A stretch of 62,480 bases of DNA, the filler included. It is 3 parts of 3 records of this genome, joined end to end, with 100 filler letters (N's around TTAATTAATTAA, not from the genome) between each part and the next. Parts side by side here need not be neighbours in the genome. Positions count along the whole stretch, not along the records: positions 27,754 to 41,925 come from DRR378314_127; positions 42,026 to 62,480 come from DRR378314_132; 1 more part is not named here. One strand, written 5' to 3'. The position numbers were made by a program, and so were the translations under genes. Each line of letters opens with the position of its first letter. Position 1 is the stretch's first letter. Shown here piece by piece: positions 36,425-47,600 of the stretch. Under the pieces are notes generated by a model. The model saw only the letters and a list, made by a program, of their open reading frames with translations, had not been told where the DNA came from and made no database searches.

Positions 36425-36907
36425 ATGCCCCGCATTGCGACAAAACCCGAAGACCTGCTCAGCCAGTCCGAAGCATTGCAAATGTCCGGGCTGGAATTCA
36501 TGCAAGCCATTCTGGACGGCACCAACCCCGGCCCGCCCATCGGGGCAACCATGGGCTATACGCTGCATGATCTCGAAGAAGGTCGCGCAGTGTTTCGCGG
36601 CACCCCCGAATTCAATGTCACCAACCCGATGGGGACCGTGCATGGCGGCTGGTACGGCACCTTGCTGGACAGTGCCATGGCCTGTGCGGTGATGACGCAA
36701 GTGCCACGTGGATCAATCTATACCACCCTGGAATACAAGATAAATATCCTGCGCGGCATTCCCTTGGGCATGCAGATTGATTGTATCGGCGTGACCGATC
36801 ATGTGGGCCGCTCGACCGGCGTCGCCCATGGCGAAATCAGAGGGGTTGAGGATGGCAAGCTTTATGCCACGGGCTCAACCACCTGTATCATCATGAAAAT
36901 CGCCTAG
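36425..36907 (+). CDS. PaaI-family thioesterase
   Basis: NPMGTVHGGWYGTLLDSAMACA and TTLEYKINI motifs; GGAG RBS. Confidence 0.9.
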   Translation: MPRIATKPEDLLSQSEALQMSGLEFMQAILDGTNPGPPIGATMGYTLHDLEEGRAVFRGTPEFNVTNPMGTVHGGWYGTLLDSAMACAVMTQVPRGSIYTTLEYKINILRGIPLGMQIDCIGVTDHVGRSTGVAHGEIRGVEDGKLYATGSTTCIIMKIA

Positions 36908-36924
36908 GCGCAGGGCCACAGACC

Positions 36925-37989
36925 TTACATATTGCCTGTTCTGGCTTCCGGCATCACAGTTTTATCCTGCTGCTGCGCCGCCTGACGCTGCGCGATACTT
37001 TGGTGCAGCCGTTCTGACGGGTCCTGCCCGACAATGCGTTTCCTGCGTGACATCAATATCTTGCCATGCCCGCGCCAAGTGCCCCGCGCCGGGGCTGTTG
37101 GATCCTGTGGAAAGCGGGAACGCCATTCCACCGGCAGCGTCAGTCCACAGCTTTCTGCCTGCTCCAACATCCAGACGAGCGGGATGTTCGCCAGCGGCCG
37201 CGCGGCCTCAAACCCGCCCAGCTGCCCGCCCACATCGCCATGGGCACCGGGAAACCAGACCTGTTCCACCCGCCCTGCAAACCCCGCATGGGATTGCCAG
37301 AGAACCGGCTGATACGCCACGCGGGTCTCATCATGGGCCAAGGCGTGAAACCCGTTGCGCACAACATGGCTCAGGTCGTGATTGTGAAAGGCATGCAGGT
37401 GTTCGGACAACCGCCACAGCACCGGCGCGTTGATCCCCAGCGATTTCACCGTGTCCCAGACACCGATCATTTCAATTTCGACTTGGGCGTGACAATGGGC
37501 ATTGCGAAATGCCGTGCGGGTGGACATCTCGGGGCTGCATTCATAGTGGCGATAGGCCATGCGGATATTGCGGCTTGTCGCATGCTCCGCCTGCAACAGG
37601 CCCACCATATCAATCACGCCAGCCAAGGAGCGTACCGCATAGGCACCGCGCGAATAGCCAAACAGGAAAATCCGGTCACCGGGGCGATAGCGAGAGGCCA
37701 GCCAACCATAAGCGCGCCGGATTAGTCTATTGATCCCCTTGCCCGACGCCACATCCAACACCGAACGCCAGTCATCCCATTGCAATCCCGACTCGTAATA
37801 CAGAGAAACCGCCGGCCCTGTTTCCTTGAGCAGCATATAGGTCCGCGCCGCGTTGGTCTGATGCAGCGGTTCCAGCGACGACAGGGTGCCGTCCAGAACG
37901 ATCACATGGGTGGTCGCGGCCCGGGGCGTAGCCTCGGGAACCGAGATCTGTGTTTTAACGCGCTTATTCTGCCGCGATCCGGCCCTCAT
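36925..37989 (-). CDS. DUF2235 (Tle1-like alpha/beta hydrolase) protein
   Basis: LDGT, FGYSRGAY, GVWDTV and WFPGAHGDVGG motifs. The start is uncertain and overlaps the upstream gene end. Confidence 0.85.
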   Translation of the reverse strand: MRAGSRQNKRVKTQISVPEATPRAATTHVIVLDGTLSSLEPLHQTNAARTYMLLKETGPAVSLYYESGLQWDDWRSVLDVASGKGINRLIRRAYGWLASRYRPGDRIFLFGYSRGAYAVRSLAGVIDMVGLLQAEHATSRNIRMAYRHYECSPEMSTRTAFRNAHCHAQVEIEMIGVWDTVKSLGINAPVLWRLSEHLHAFHNHDLSHVVRNGFHALAHDETRVAYQPVLWQSHAGFAGRVEQVWFPGAHGDVGGQLGGFEAARPLANIPLVWMLEQAESCGLTLPVEWRSRFPQDPTAPARGTWRGHGKILMSRRKRIVGQDPSERLHQSIAQRQAAQQQDKTVMPEARTGNM

Positions 37990-40261
37990 TCAACAACTCC
38001 CAGACGCGGTGCGGCGTAAACGGCATATCCGCCTGACGCACCCCTTGATCCCACAAGGCATCCTGTACCGCATTTGCAATGGCCGCCATGGCCCCCACAG
38101 TGCCGGCTTCGCCACAGCCTTTCATTCCCATGATATTCGCCGTCGAAGGTACAGGCTCCGAGGTAAAGGAAATGTAAGGAAGGTCTGCCGCACGGGGCAT
38201 GGCATAGTCCATGAACGATGCCGTGAGCAGCTGACCGTCCTCGTCATAGACAACCCGCTCCTGCACGGCCTGCCCAACCCCTTGGGCGACACCACCATGC
38301 ACCTGCCCTTCGGCCAGCATCGGATTGATAAGATTACCAAAATCATCAACCACGGTGTAGTTTTCTGTAGTGACAACGCCGGTTTCCGGGTCAATCACCA
38401 CCTCGGCCACATGTGCCCCGTTGGGAAAACTGCGGGCGGGCAAGGTCGCACGTTCGTGATGTCTCAACAGGTCGTCACGGCCTTTTTCGCGGGCCATCTC
38501 GGCAACTTCCAGCATGGTGGGGGTCAGGTTTGACCCTTCCGCGCGGAACCGTTCATCGTCAAAACTGATCTCGTTGGCGGCTACGCCCATTTCATCCGCA
38601 AGAAAGGCGGTGAAACGCTCGGTGATCTTGGCCACCGTCGCCAAAGTCGCATTGTTCTGCGTGGTGACAGAGCGCGATCCACCGGTGCCGCCGCCCTGCG
38701 CAATCAAATCCGAATCGCCCTGCACCACGCGAATACGCGCTGCCGGGATGCCGGTCTGATCGGCAAGAAACTGGGCATAGACGGTTTCATGCCCCTGCCC
38801 GTTCGATTGTGTGCCGACATAAATCGTGACGCTGCCGTCATCTTCGAACACAACTTTGGCCCCTTCGCTTGGGTCGCCCAGAATGCTCTCGATATAGTAA
38901 CACAGCCCCTGCCCGCGCAGCAGCCCGCGTTTCGCATCCGCCGCCTTGCGCGCCGCAAACCCTGCGCGGTCGGCCTCCTGCGCCACACGGGTCAGCAATC
39001 GATCAAAATCCCCCACATCATAGGTTTCACCCGTCGCCGCCTTATAGGGAAACTGCTCCGCTTTGATAAAGTTGATCCGGCGCAGCTCCCATGGGTCCAC
39101 CTCCAACTCACGCGCTGCCCGGTCGATCAACCGTTCCAGCACATAGATCGCCTCGGGCCGTCCCGCCCCGCGATAGGCATCCACCGGCACCGTGTTGGTG
39201 TAATAGCCATCCACCTGCAACCAGGTGGTCTGCACGTCATAAACCCCCATCAATACGCGGCTGAACAGCTGCGTCTGGATGAACTGCGCATACTGCGAAT
39301 TATAGGCCCCCAGATTGCACTTGCTGGTCACACGATAGGCGGTGATCTTGTTATGCGCATCAAAGGCAAACTCCGCCAGCGAGGTCAGGTCACGCCCGCC
39401 ATTGTCGGTCAACATCGCCTCGGTCCGTTCCGACATCCAGCGCACCGGACGTTCCAGCACACGCGCCGCCTGCGCCACGCAGAAATATTCGTTATAGGTC
39501 ATCGACTTCATGCCGAAACCACCCCCCGTATCCGGGTTGGTCACGCGCACCTTGTCTTCGTCCAGCCCGAACGCCTTGGCGATATAGCCCTTATGCACCC
39601 AAACGCCCTGCCCGTTATTGGCCACATGCACACGCCCGTCACTCCATTCCGCATAACAGCCGCGCGGCTCCATCGAATTGACGATGATCCGGTTGTCCTC
39701 AACCTCCAGCGCCACGGTTTTCGCCGCCGCCTGAAAGGCCGCCTCGGTTGCGGCCTCATCCCCCATGCCCCAATCCATCGCCTTATTGTCCGGGGCTTCA
39801 TCGTGCAGGGTCTCTCCACCTGCCGCCACATCAATCTTCGCCGGCAGATCCTCCACATCAAACAGGATCAGCTCTGCCGCATCTCGCGCCTGCGCAATGC
39901 TGTCCGCCACGATCAGCGCCACCGGCTCCCCAACGTAGCGCACACGCTCCTTGGCCAGCATTGGGCGCAGCGGCCCAGCACCTTTTGAGCCATCCCGATT
40001 GACAATCTGCGCCCCCGCCATGGCGATATTCATGCCCGCCGCTTCCAGATCCGCGCAGGTCAGCACCAGATGCACCCCCTCTGCCTCAGCCGCATCCGAA
40101 ATATCCAGCTCGCTGATCACCCCATGCGCCACAGGCGAACGGAAGAAATAGGCATGCAACGCCCCCTTCGGTGCGATGTCATCCACATAGCGCCCCGCGC
40201 CGGTCAAAAAGCGTACATCTTCTGTCCGAATGACCGACTGACTTTTGCCGAATTTATCCAT
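37964..40261 (-). CDS. Xanthine dehydrogenase-family molybdopterin-binding large subunit (CoxL form II-like)
   Basis: REDxRFLTG-like start, MEPRG, GGGFGMK, AYRGAGRPEA, GQGHET, GQVHGG and GMKGCGEAG motifs. Confidence 0.9.
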   Translation of the reverse strand: MDKFGKSQSVIRTEDVRFLTGAGRYVDDIAPKGALHAYFFRSPVAHGVISELDISDAAEAEGVHLVLTCADLEAAGMNIAMAGAQIVNRDGSKGAGPLRPMLAKERVRYVGEPVALIVADSIAQARDAAELILFDVEDLPAKIDVAAGGETLHDEAPDNKAMDWGMGDEAATEAAFQAAAKTVALEVEDNRIIVNSMEPRGCYAEWSDGRVHVANNGQGVWVHKGYIAKAFGLDEDKVRVTNPDTGGGFGMKSMTYNEYFCVAQAARVLERPVRWMSERTEAMLTDNGGRDLTSLAEFAFDAHNKITAYRVTSKCNLGAYNSQYAQFIQTQLFSRVLMGVYDVQTTWLQVDGYYTNTVPVDAYRGAGRPEAIYVLERLIDRAARELEVDPWELRRINFIKAEQFPYKAATGETYDVGDFDRLLTRVAQEADRAGFAARKAADAKRGLLRGQGLCYYIESILGDPSEGAKVVFEDDGSVTIYVGTQSNGQGHETVYAQFLADQTGIPAARIRVVQGDSDLIAQGGGTGGSRSVTTQNNATLATVAKITERFTAFLADEMGVAANEISFDDERFRAEGSNLTPTMLEVAEMAREKGRDDLLRHHERATLPARSFPNGAHVAEVVIDPETGVVTTENYTVVDDFGNLINPMLAEGQVHGGVAQGVGQAVQERVVYDEDGQLLTASFMDYAMPRAADLPYISFTSEPVPSTANIMGMKGCGEAGTVGAMAAIANAVQDALWDQGVRQADMPFTPHRVWELLNEGRIAAE

Positions 40262-40395
40262 GTCTGGGTGCCTCTTGCTGAATGCCTGCCTTGCCCAATG
40301 ACATAACTGTCCGGCACCGGTTGTCCAGCCCGCCCTTTCCCTTCCCCGCAACACCCGCTAGATCAATCCTCAAACGTGATTGAGGATCAAAGACC

Positions 40396-41925
40396 ATGGC
40401 TCTGGAAAAGAATTTTGACTCAGGCGAGGCCGAAGCCCGCCTCTACGCCGCTTGGGAAAAGGCCGGTGCCTTCAAGGCCGGTGCCAATGCCTCGCGTGAT
40501 GAAACCTTTTCGATCATGATCCCGCCACCCAATGTCACTGGCGTTCTGCACATGGGCCATGCGTTTAACAACACATTGCAGGACATTCTGACCCGCTGGC
40601 ACCGGATGCGTGGGTTCGACACGCTGTGGCAGCCCGGACAGGATCACGCCGGCATTGCCACGCAAATGGTTGTTGAACGCCAACTCGCCGCTGACGGCAA
40701 ACCACCACGCCGCGACTGGACGCGCGAGGATTTCACCGCTGAAATCTGGAAATGGAAAGCCAAATCCGGCGGCACCATCATTGATCAACTCAAACGCCTT
40801 GGCGCCTCTTGCGACTGGTCGCGCAACGCCTTCACCATGTCCGGTGCGCCAAATGCGCCAGCAGGTGAAGAAGGCAACTTCCACGACGCCGTGATCAAAG
40901 TCTTTGTCGACATGTACAACAAGGGCCTGATCTATCGCGGCAAACGTCTGGTGAACTGGGACCCGCATTTCGAAACCGCGATTTCCGATCTAGAGGTCGA
41001 ATCCACCGAAGTAGACGGCCATATGTGGCACTTCAAATACCCGCTCGCGGCCAAAGAAAATGGAGAACGCGCCACCTATACCTATGTGGAGAAAGACGAA
41101 GACGGCAACGTCACCCTGTCCGAAGAACGCGACTATATCTCCATCGCCACCACGCGCCCTGAAACCATGCTGGGCGACGGTGCGGTTGCGGTGCACCCCT
41201 CTGACGAACGCTATACCTCCATCGTCGGCAAGCTCTGCGAAATTCCGGTTGGACCCAAGGAACACCGCCGTTTGATCCCGATCATCACCGATGAATACCC
41301 TGATCCGACATTCGGGTCCGGCGCGGTCAAGATCACCGGTGCCCATGACTTTAACGACTACGAAGTCGCCAAGCGTAACAAAATCCCGCTTTACGCGCTG
41401 ATGGACACCCGTGGCGCGATGCGCAGCGACGGCCTGCCCTATGACGCCGCTGCCGCCCGCGCGCAGGCGATTGCGGAGGGGCGCGAGGAAGCCCCCTTTG
41501 ATGCCACCGAAATCAACCTTGTGCCCGAAGACTACCGTGGCCTTGACCGTTTTGATGCCCGTGAAAAAGTGATCGCGGACATCACCGCTGAAGGGCTGGC
41601 CGTGATGACAGCCCATGACGATCCGCGTTTGGGCAAACCTGCGAAGAAAAATGAAAAAGGCGAAGACGAGGCCGAGGACACAAGCCCCGTGCCACTGGTC
41701 GAAGCCAAAAAGATCATGCAACCCTTTGGCGACCGCTCCAAAGTGGTCATCGAACCCGCGCTGACGGACCAGTGGTTCGTCGCCACCGACAAGATCGTGC
41801 AGCCCGCGATTGATGCCGTGCGCAATGATGAGGTGCGCATCCTGCCCGAGCAGGACAAAAAGGTTTACTTCCACTGGCTGGAAAACATCGAACCATGGTG
41901 CATCTCGCGCCAGCTGTGGTGGGGG
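40396..41925 (+). CDS. valS: Valine--tRNA ligase (3' truncated)
   Basis: [13 protein letters not shown] (HIGH), [22 protein letters not shown] and [10 protein letters not shown] motifs. Confidence 0.97.
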
Positions 41926-42025
41926 NNNNNNNNNNNNNNNNNNNNNNNNNNNNNNNNNNNNNNNNNNNNTTAATTAATTAANNNNNNNNNNNNNNNNNNN
42001 NNNNNNNNNNNNNNNNNNNNNNNNN
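41926..42025. other. Artificial contig spacer
   Basis: 44 N + TTAATTAATTAA + 44 N. Confidence 0.99.
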
Positions 42026-42026
42026 C

Positions 42027-42266
42027 GGTTCCGCGCCGGACATCGCCGGCCAGGGCATCGCCAACCCGCTCGCCACGATTATGTCGCTGGCCATGTTGAT
42101 GCGTTACAGCCTGCAGCGCGACGATGTGGCGGACGCCATTGAAGCGGCGGTGGAAAAGGTCCTGGATCAAGGTCTGCGGACCGGCGATATTTACACCGAG
42201 GGCACCCGGAAAGTCAGCACCGGGGAAATGGGCTCCGCCGTGGCCGAGGCACTGGCCGGCGTCTGA
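42027..42266 (+). CDS. leuB: 3-isopropylmalate dehydrogenase, C-terminal fragment
   Basis: [29 protein letters not shown]...GLRTGDI...STGEMG; precedes asd as in the conserved gene order. Confidence 0.93.
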   Translation, partial: GSAPDIAGQGIANPLATIMSLAMLMRYSLQRDDVADAIEAAVEKVLDQGLRTGDIYTEGTRKVSTGEMGSAVAEALAGV

Positions 42267-42339
42267 GCCCCGCTGAAGAGCACAAACGCAGTAATCCATT
42301 CATAGAGAAGGGCAACGGCCTTTCAGGAGATTCGTCTCA

Positions 42340-43452
42340 ATGAATAAAGTCGGTTTTATCGGCTGGCGCGGCATGGTCGGTTCCGTATTGATGGACCGCA
42401 TGCGCGCGGAAAATGATTTCCAGGACATCGAACCGGTGTTCTTTTCCACCTCCCAGGTGGGCCAGCCCGGCCCGGACGTGGGCAAGGACATTCCGCCCCT
42501 GGGCGACGCCAAGAGCGTGGACGAACTGAAAGCCCTGGACGTGATCGTCACCTGCCAGGGCGGCGATTACACCAACGAGGTGTACCCCAAGCTCCGCGAA
42601 GCCGGCTGGAAAGGCTATTGGATCGACGCCGCCTCGGCGCTGCGCATGTCCGACGACAGCGTCATCGTGCTGGACCCGGTCAACCGCAAGGTGATCGATC
42701 AGGCGCTGGACAAAGGCACCCGGGACTTCGTCGGCGGCAACTGCACCGTGAGCCTGATGCTGATGGCCATGGGCGGCCTGTTCAACGCCGACCTGGTGGA
42801 GTGGACCAGCGCCCAGACCTACCAGGCCGCGTCCGGCTCCGGCGCCCAGCACATGCGTGAGCTGATCGCTCAGATGGGCGCCATCCACGGCGACGTGACC
42901 TCGGAACTGGCCGACCCGGCCAGCGCGATTCTGGACATCGACCGCAAGGTGGCCGCCACCATGCGCGGCGACGGCATGCCCCACGAACACTTCGGCTTCC
43001 CGCTGGCCGGTTCGCTGCTGCCGTGGATCGACAAGGAAATGGAAAACGGCCAGAGCAAGGAAGAGTGGAAAGCCCAGGCGGAGACCAACAAGATTCTCGG
43101 CCGCGGCGACCACCCGATCCCCCTGGACGGCACCTGCGTGCGCATCGGCGCCATGCGCTGCCACGCCCAGGCGCTTACCGTGAAGCTCAAGAAGGACGTG
43201 CCGCTGGATGAGATCTATGATCTGATCGGCCAGGCCAACGATTGGGTGAAAGTGGTGCCCAACGAGAAGGAAGCCACCCTGCGCGACCTCACCCCCACGG
43301 CGGTGACCGGCACCCTGACGGTACCCGTCGGGCGCCTGCGCAAACTGAACATGGGCGGTGAATACCTGAACGCCTTCACCGTGGGTGACCAGCTGTTGTG
43401 GGGCGCCGCGGAACCGCTGCGCCGCATGCTGCGCATTTTGTTGGAGCACTGA
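42340..43452 (+). CDS. asd: Aspartate-semialdehyde dehydrogenase
   Basis: [23 protein letters not shown] (catalytic Cys) and [11 protein letters not shown] motifs. Confidence 0.97.
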   Translation: MNKVGFIGWRGMVGSVLMDRMRAENDFQDIEPVFFSTSQVGQPGPDVGKDIPPLGDAKSVDELKALDVIVTCQGGDYTNEVYPKLREAGWKGYWIDAASALRMSDDSVIVLDPVNRKVIDQALDKGTRDFVGGNCTVSLMLMAMGGLFNADLVEWTSAQTYQAASGSGAQHMRELIAQMGAIHGDVTSELADPASAILDIDRKVAATMRGDGMPHEHFGFPLAGSLLPWIDKEMENGQSKEEWKAQAETNKILGRGDHPIPLDGTCVRIGAMRCHAQALTVKLKKDVPLDEIYDLIGQANDWVKVVPNEKEATLRDLTPTAVTGTLTVPVGRLRKLNMGGEYLNAFTVGDQLLWGAAEPLRRMLRILLEH

Positions 43453-44462
43453 TGAGTATTGACCTCGCCCTGGTGGGCGCCACCGGTCTGGTGGGCGAGG
43501 CCATTCTCGAACAACTCGCCCATCGGGATCTGCCGGTGGGCGAGTTGTTCGTTCTGGCCTCGGAAAACAGCGAAGGCAAAAGCCTGCGCGTGGGTAAAAA
43601 ATCCCTGCAGGTACGGAAAGCCGAGGATTTCGATTTTTCACGGGTGCAGCTGGCGGTGTTCGCCGCCGGCGCGGCGGTGTCCCAGGAACTGGCACCGCGC
43701 GCCGCCGACGCCGGCGCGCTGGTGCTGGATCTGTCGCCGGCGTTCCGCTATGAGCCCGACGTGCCGTTGCTGGTCGCCGGGGTCAACGACGAACAGCTCG
43801 GCGCCGCCCGCGAACGCAACATCGTGGCCGCCGCCGACGCCGCCACGGTGCAGCTGCTGCTGGCGCTGAAACCGCTGATGGCGCTGGGCGATCTGACCCG
43901 GGTCACGGTGACGCAGATGCAGAGTGCGTCGTCGTCCGGACGGGTCGGCGTGGAGCGCCTGGCGCGCCAGAGCGCGCGGCTGTTGAACGGCCTGGAGGCC
44001 AGCGAAGGGCCGGAGTCCCAGTACGCCTTTAATATGCTGCCGATGGCCGGCCGCCGTCAGGATAACGGCTACACCAGCGAAGAGCTGAAACTGATGCTGG
44101 AGGCGCGCCGGGTTCTGGGCCAGCCGCAACTGGCGGTGGACGTGAGCTGTGTTCAGGTGCCGGTGTTCCACGGCCTGTCGCAGACCGTGGTGGTGCAGGG
44201 CACCATGCCGATCACCCTGGCGCAGGCCGAAGCCTGCTGGCAGGACGCCCCCGGGCTGCAAATGGACGCCGACGACGAAGCCGACGGCGCCTCCCCGGTA
44301 CGGCAGATCCGCGCCGACCTGGGCGTGCGAATTGCACGGGTTCGCGAGGACATCGACGGGCAGGGTGATTTAAGCTTCTGGACGGTGGCCGATAATATTA
44401 AAACCGGCGCCGCCTACAACGCGGTGCTGCTGGTCGAGAAGTTGCTAAAAGACTATCTGTAA
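43452..44462 (+). CDS. usg: Asd-like protein (Usg)
   Basis: VGATGLVG, QVPVFHG and WTVADNIKTGAA motifs; lacks the NC catalytic motif; lies between asd and fimV. Confidence 0.8.
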   Translation: MSIDLALVGATGLVGEAILEQLAHRDLPVGELFVLASENSEGKSLRVGKKSLQVRKAEDFDFSRVQLAVFAAGAAVSQELAPRAADAGALVLDLSPAFRYEPDVPLLVAGVNDEQLGAARERNIVAAADAATVQLLLALKPLMALGDLTRVTVTQMQSASSSGRVGVERLARQSARLLNGLEASEGPESQYAFNMLPMAGRRQDNGYTSEELKLMLEARRVLGQPQLAVDVSCVQVPVFHGLSQTVVVQGTMPITLAQAEACWQDAPGLQMDADDEADGASPVRQIRADLGVRIARVREDIDGQGDLSFWTVADNIKTGAAYNAVLLVEKLLKDYL

Positions 44463-44624
44463 TGGATACTTACCGAGATTATGTGACGCAGTTTCTAGGT
44501 GTCCGGTGTAATTTCCTGCACAATCACGATAGCGATTCTTGGCATTCAAAGACCGCATCGGGATAATTTTGGCGGCCTGCCGGCTGAGAGGGCGGGGAAA
44601 GATAATAAGTAAAGGGTTCGATCA

Positions 44625-47600
44625 ATGCTCCGAAAACTTGGGATAGGCTTTATCGCTCTGGCGACCATGGCGCCCGGGCTGGCGGCTGCACTGGGGGTGG
44701 GTGAGTACGAGCTGAACTCGTATTTGAACGAGCCGCTGGACATGACCGTGGAACTGCACGATCTGGGCGGCCTGTCCGAGGACGAAATTCTCGCCAACCT
44801 GGCCACGCAGGAGGCGTTCGACGCCGCCGGTGTGGACCGCGGCTACTTCCTCAACGATCTGAAGTTTGAAGTGGACGTGAGCGGCGACAGCGGCGTATTG
44901 CACATCCGCTCCCGTCAGCCGGTACGCGAACCCTATCTTAATTTCCTGGTGGAATTCCTCTGGCCCACCGGCCGCCTGATGCGGGAATACACCGTTCTGC
45001 TGGATCCGCCCAGCTACGCGGACGACGGCGACAGCCTGCAGCCCGCGGTTTCCGAACCCTCGCCACGCCCGGCCACCCGGCCCGAGCCCGCTTCCGAGCC
45101 GGCCCGCCAGCGCCCCGCCGAACCGGCCACGCGCCCGCAATCCCGCCCGGCCCCCTCGGAGGCTCCCGGCGACGGCGCCGGCGAAGTGGCCGAACGCGAC
45201 AGCGGCACTTACCGGGTCGGGGCATCCGACACCATGTGGCGCATCGCCCGGCAGCAGCGCCCGAGCCCGGATGTGTCCGTACAGCAGATGATGCTGGCAA
45301 TCCAGGAGCGCAATCCCGACGCCTTTATCAATGACAACGTGAACCTGGTGCGCGAAGGCGCGGTGCTGCGCATTCCGTCCGAGCAGCAGGTGCGCCGTGT
45401 GTCCAGCCGTGAAGCCCTGTCCCGGGTGGCCACGCAGAACCGCGAATGGCGGGGCATGCGCCCCGAGCCGGCGGCGGGCCAGCCGCAGCGGGCGCCGATC
45501 GACGCCACCGGCCGCGACCGCAGTGATCAGGTCGCCGGCGGCGACGACGGTCAGGGCCAGGTCACCCTGGTGAGCCCGGACAGCGAGGGCGGCGTGCGCG
45601 ACGGCGACGCCACCGGCGGCCGCAGTGGCGACGCCGATACCGCCGCGCTGCAGAACGAGCTGGCGATCCGCGACGAAAATCTGGACCGCCTGAACCGCGA
45701 AAACAGCGAGCTGCGCAGCCGCCTGGATGCGCTGGACGAGCAGGTCAGCACCAGCCAGCAGTTGCTGGAAATGCGCAGCGAGAAGATCGCCGCGCTGCAG
45801 GCGGAACTGCGCCGGCTGCGTGAAGAGCAGGACCTGGACGTGGACCCGTCACTGCTGGAGGAGCCCGAGCCGGCGGCGGACAGCGCCCCCGACATGACCG
45901 CCGACACCGGCGGCGCGGACAGCGGCGGCGCCGAAAATACGGACGGCACCGATAGCGCCGACGCCGCCGGCGACCAGCCGGGCGCGGCTGGCGATGACGA
46001 CGACGCGGCACCGGCGCTGGGCGCGCCGGGCCAGAACGGCGGCGGCGACGGGCCGTCGCCGGATCAGGGCGGCGGCGATGATGACCGCACCGCCACCGTG
46101 ACCCCGCCCGAAAAGCCGGAACCGGCCTCCGCGGATCAGTCGGGCTCCGGCCCGGCCAACGCCGATCAGGCGGACAGCGGCGGCGGTATCGTCGGCCTGA
46201 TTCGCGACAACCTGCTGTATGTGGGCGCCGCTTTGGCGGTTTTGCTGCTTCTGCTGTTGCTGGCGCTGCGCCGCCGTCAAAACGCGGCCGGCGACGAGCA
46301 CGACGAAGAGGACGACAACGGGTTTGGTGATGATTTCGAAGCCCCGGTGATGGCCGGAACCGCCGCCCACGACGACGCCGACCTGGAAGAGGATCTCGCC
46401 GACGACGAGATGGATCCGATGGAGCGGGCCGACGTCTACGTGGCCTACGGCCAGTACCCCCAGGCGGTGGACTTCCTGCGTAATGAAATCAATCAGGCGC
46501 CGGAGCGCGGCGATCTGAAAATCCGCCTGCTGGAACTGCTGCACGAAAGCAACGACGAGCGCGGTTTCCACCAGCAGGCCACCGCGTTCGCCGGCACCAG
46601 TCCGGCGGTGGACGCCGCCATCAAACGGCTTGGCGGCGATCCGGGCGAGCACGATTACGGTGATAACGCCTACGTCGCGTCCAGCGCGGACAGCGGCGAC
46701 GACGAGTTGTCCCTGGACGATCTGGAACTGGATCTGGCGTCCGACCTGTCGGATCAGCCGGACGACAGCGACGGCTATTCCCATGCCGCCACCGCCACCG
46801 CGGCGGGGGCCGGCGCCGCGGCCGGGTTCGCCGCCGGCCGCGAGCAATCCGAGCAGGCCGATACGGAACAGGCCGAAACCGAACAGACCGACCAGGACGA
46901 CAGCCTGGAACTGGACGACTTCGACTTCACCCTCGAGGACGAAGAGCCGGAAAACCGGCCGCTTCGCGACGAGACGCCACTGGAGCTGGACGACCTGGTA
47001 CTCGACGACGGCAATGACCGCGCCGGCGACGATGAAGACGACGGCCTGGCGTTCTCCCTCGAGGACGATTTCGAAAACGACGGCGACGTGGCCTTCACCG
47101 ATGACGAGCTGGCCGCGCTGGACAGCGCCGAAACGCCCGCCGGCAACGACGATGGCGACACCTCCACGGAGCGTGGCGCCGACGACCTGGGCGACTTCGA
47201 CGACCTCGAACTCGATGATCTGGATGTGTCGCTCACCGACGACCGCACCGGCGTCGACGAGCCCGCGCCGGCACCGGCTGAAGCCTCGCCCGGGGAAGAC
47301 ACCGGTGACGAACTGGCCGATCTGTCCCTGGAAGACGACGACACGGAACTGTCCCTGGACGATCTCAGCCTGGAAGACGATGCGCCGTCGTCGCCGCGCA
47401 CCGAACCGGATGCCGGCGCCGATGACCTCGACGACCTGAATCTGGAACTGGACGACGCCGGTGAAGACGACGCGCCGGCGGCGGAATACGAGCCCGAGCC
47501 GCAAACGGCCGCCACGCCGCCCGCGGACACCAGTGAGGTGAGCGACGACATGCTCGGCGACGACGATGACTTCGACTTCCTGGGTGAAACCGACGAAAAC

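Noticed and set aside
36925-37989. T6SS effector-immunity locus
   Set aside because: No vgrG, PAAR, hcp or immunity gene is nearby; only the hydrolase domain is present.
37964-40261. Aerobic CO dehydrogenase (coxL form I)
   Set aside because: It has AYRGAGR rather than AYxCSFR, and no coxM, coxS or accessory genes are adjacent.
27754-41925. Horizontally acquired genomic island
   Set aside because: Bounded by assembly spacers, made of truncated core genes and lacking an integrase or att sites; contamination is the simpler explanation.
46300-47600. Highly acidic repetitive region of fimV
   Set aside because: A normal feature of FimV/HubP cytoplasmic domains.
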